From: Candidatus Poribacteria bacterium
GTDB lineage: Bacteria > Poribacteria > WGA-4E > PCPOR2b
Assembly (NCBI GenBank): GCA_965198175.1
Contig: OZ240245.1
Location: 1,120,001-1,184,000, forward strand
Length of the DNA: 64,000 bases
Direction of reading: 5' to 3'
Under the pieces are notes generated by a model, which ran no database searches, was not told the DNA's origin, and saw nothing but the letters and a program-made list of their open reading frames with translations. A program made the position numbers and the translations under genes. This document shows, piece by piece, positions 63,809 to 64,000 of the stretch (the stretch's first letter is position 1; every line of letters starts with the position of its first letter).

Positions 63809-64000
63809 ATGAGAGTTGCCTACTTTCCCGGCTGCGTTGCCAAGGGGAATTGTACTGAACTGAACCAGTCCACCCAAAAGATTGCGCCGCTGCTTGGCAT
63901 TGAGATGGTAGAACTTACCGGCGCCCCTTGTACCGGTGCGGGTGTTCTACAAGCACAGAATCCGGTGCTCGCCGATACCTACAATGCCAAAACCCTTGCG
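63809..64000 (+). CDS. CCG-domain HdrB/SdhE-like subunit (runs off the window end)
   Basis: AGGAGG RBS; MRVAYFPGCVAKG...ELTGAPCTGAGVL...YNAKTLA; not in ORF track. Confidence 0.82.
   Translation, partial: MRVAYFPGCVAKGNCTELNQSTQKIAPLLGIEMVELTGAPCTGAGVLQAQNPVLADTYNAKTLA

Overview
Diderm bacterial chromosome segment. The giant Ig-repeat protein ending in an 'LPNYPNPFNPETWIPY...AAYWDG...RKMLILK' domain, the NHL proteins and the dense REP-like repeats suggest Candidatus Poribacteria (inference, not tested). Left arm (1-26 kb) is mostly housekeeping: clpB 3' end, ruvX, mltG, lpxC-fabZ, lpxA, lpxI, moeB-like, tsaC, tsaD, nusB, tgt, pspA. It also holds a CxxU Rdx selenoprotein gene missed by the ORF track (6283-6513) and two eroded gene remnants. 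The centre (27.5-40.8 kb, all minus strand) is a defence island built on a type III R-M scaffold: res, ParA-like ATPase, HEPN, mod (split by a 998-bp IS5-family element just before the DPPF motif), an overlapping HEPN-like/967-aa gene pair, a second diverged copy of the mod 3' end, then an ApeA-like HEPN gene. This layout suggests cargo stacked by recombination at the mod tail. The right arm has nested short repeats, tauE, hflX, a PQQ/SH3/TolB lipoprotein, the Ig-repeat protein with 924-bp tandem repeats, a second NHL/beta-barrel paralog and a chimeric succinate dehydrogenase cluster. No tRNA, rRNA or CRISPR array was recognised.
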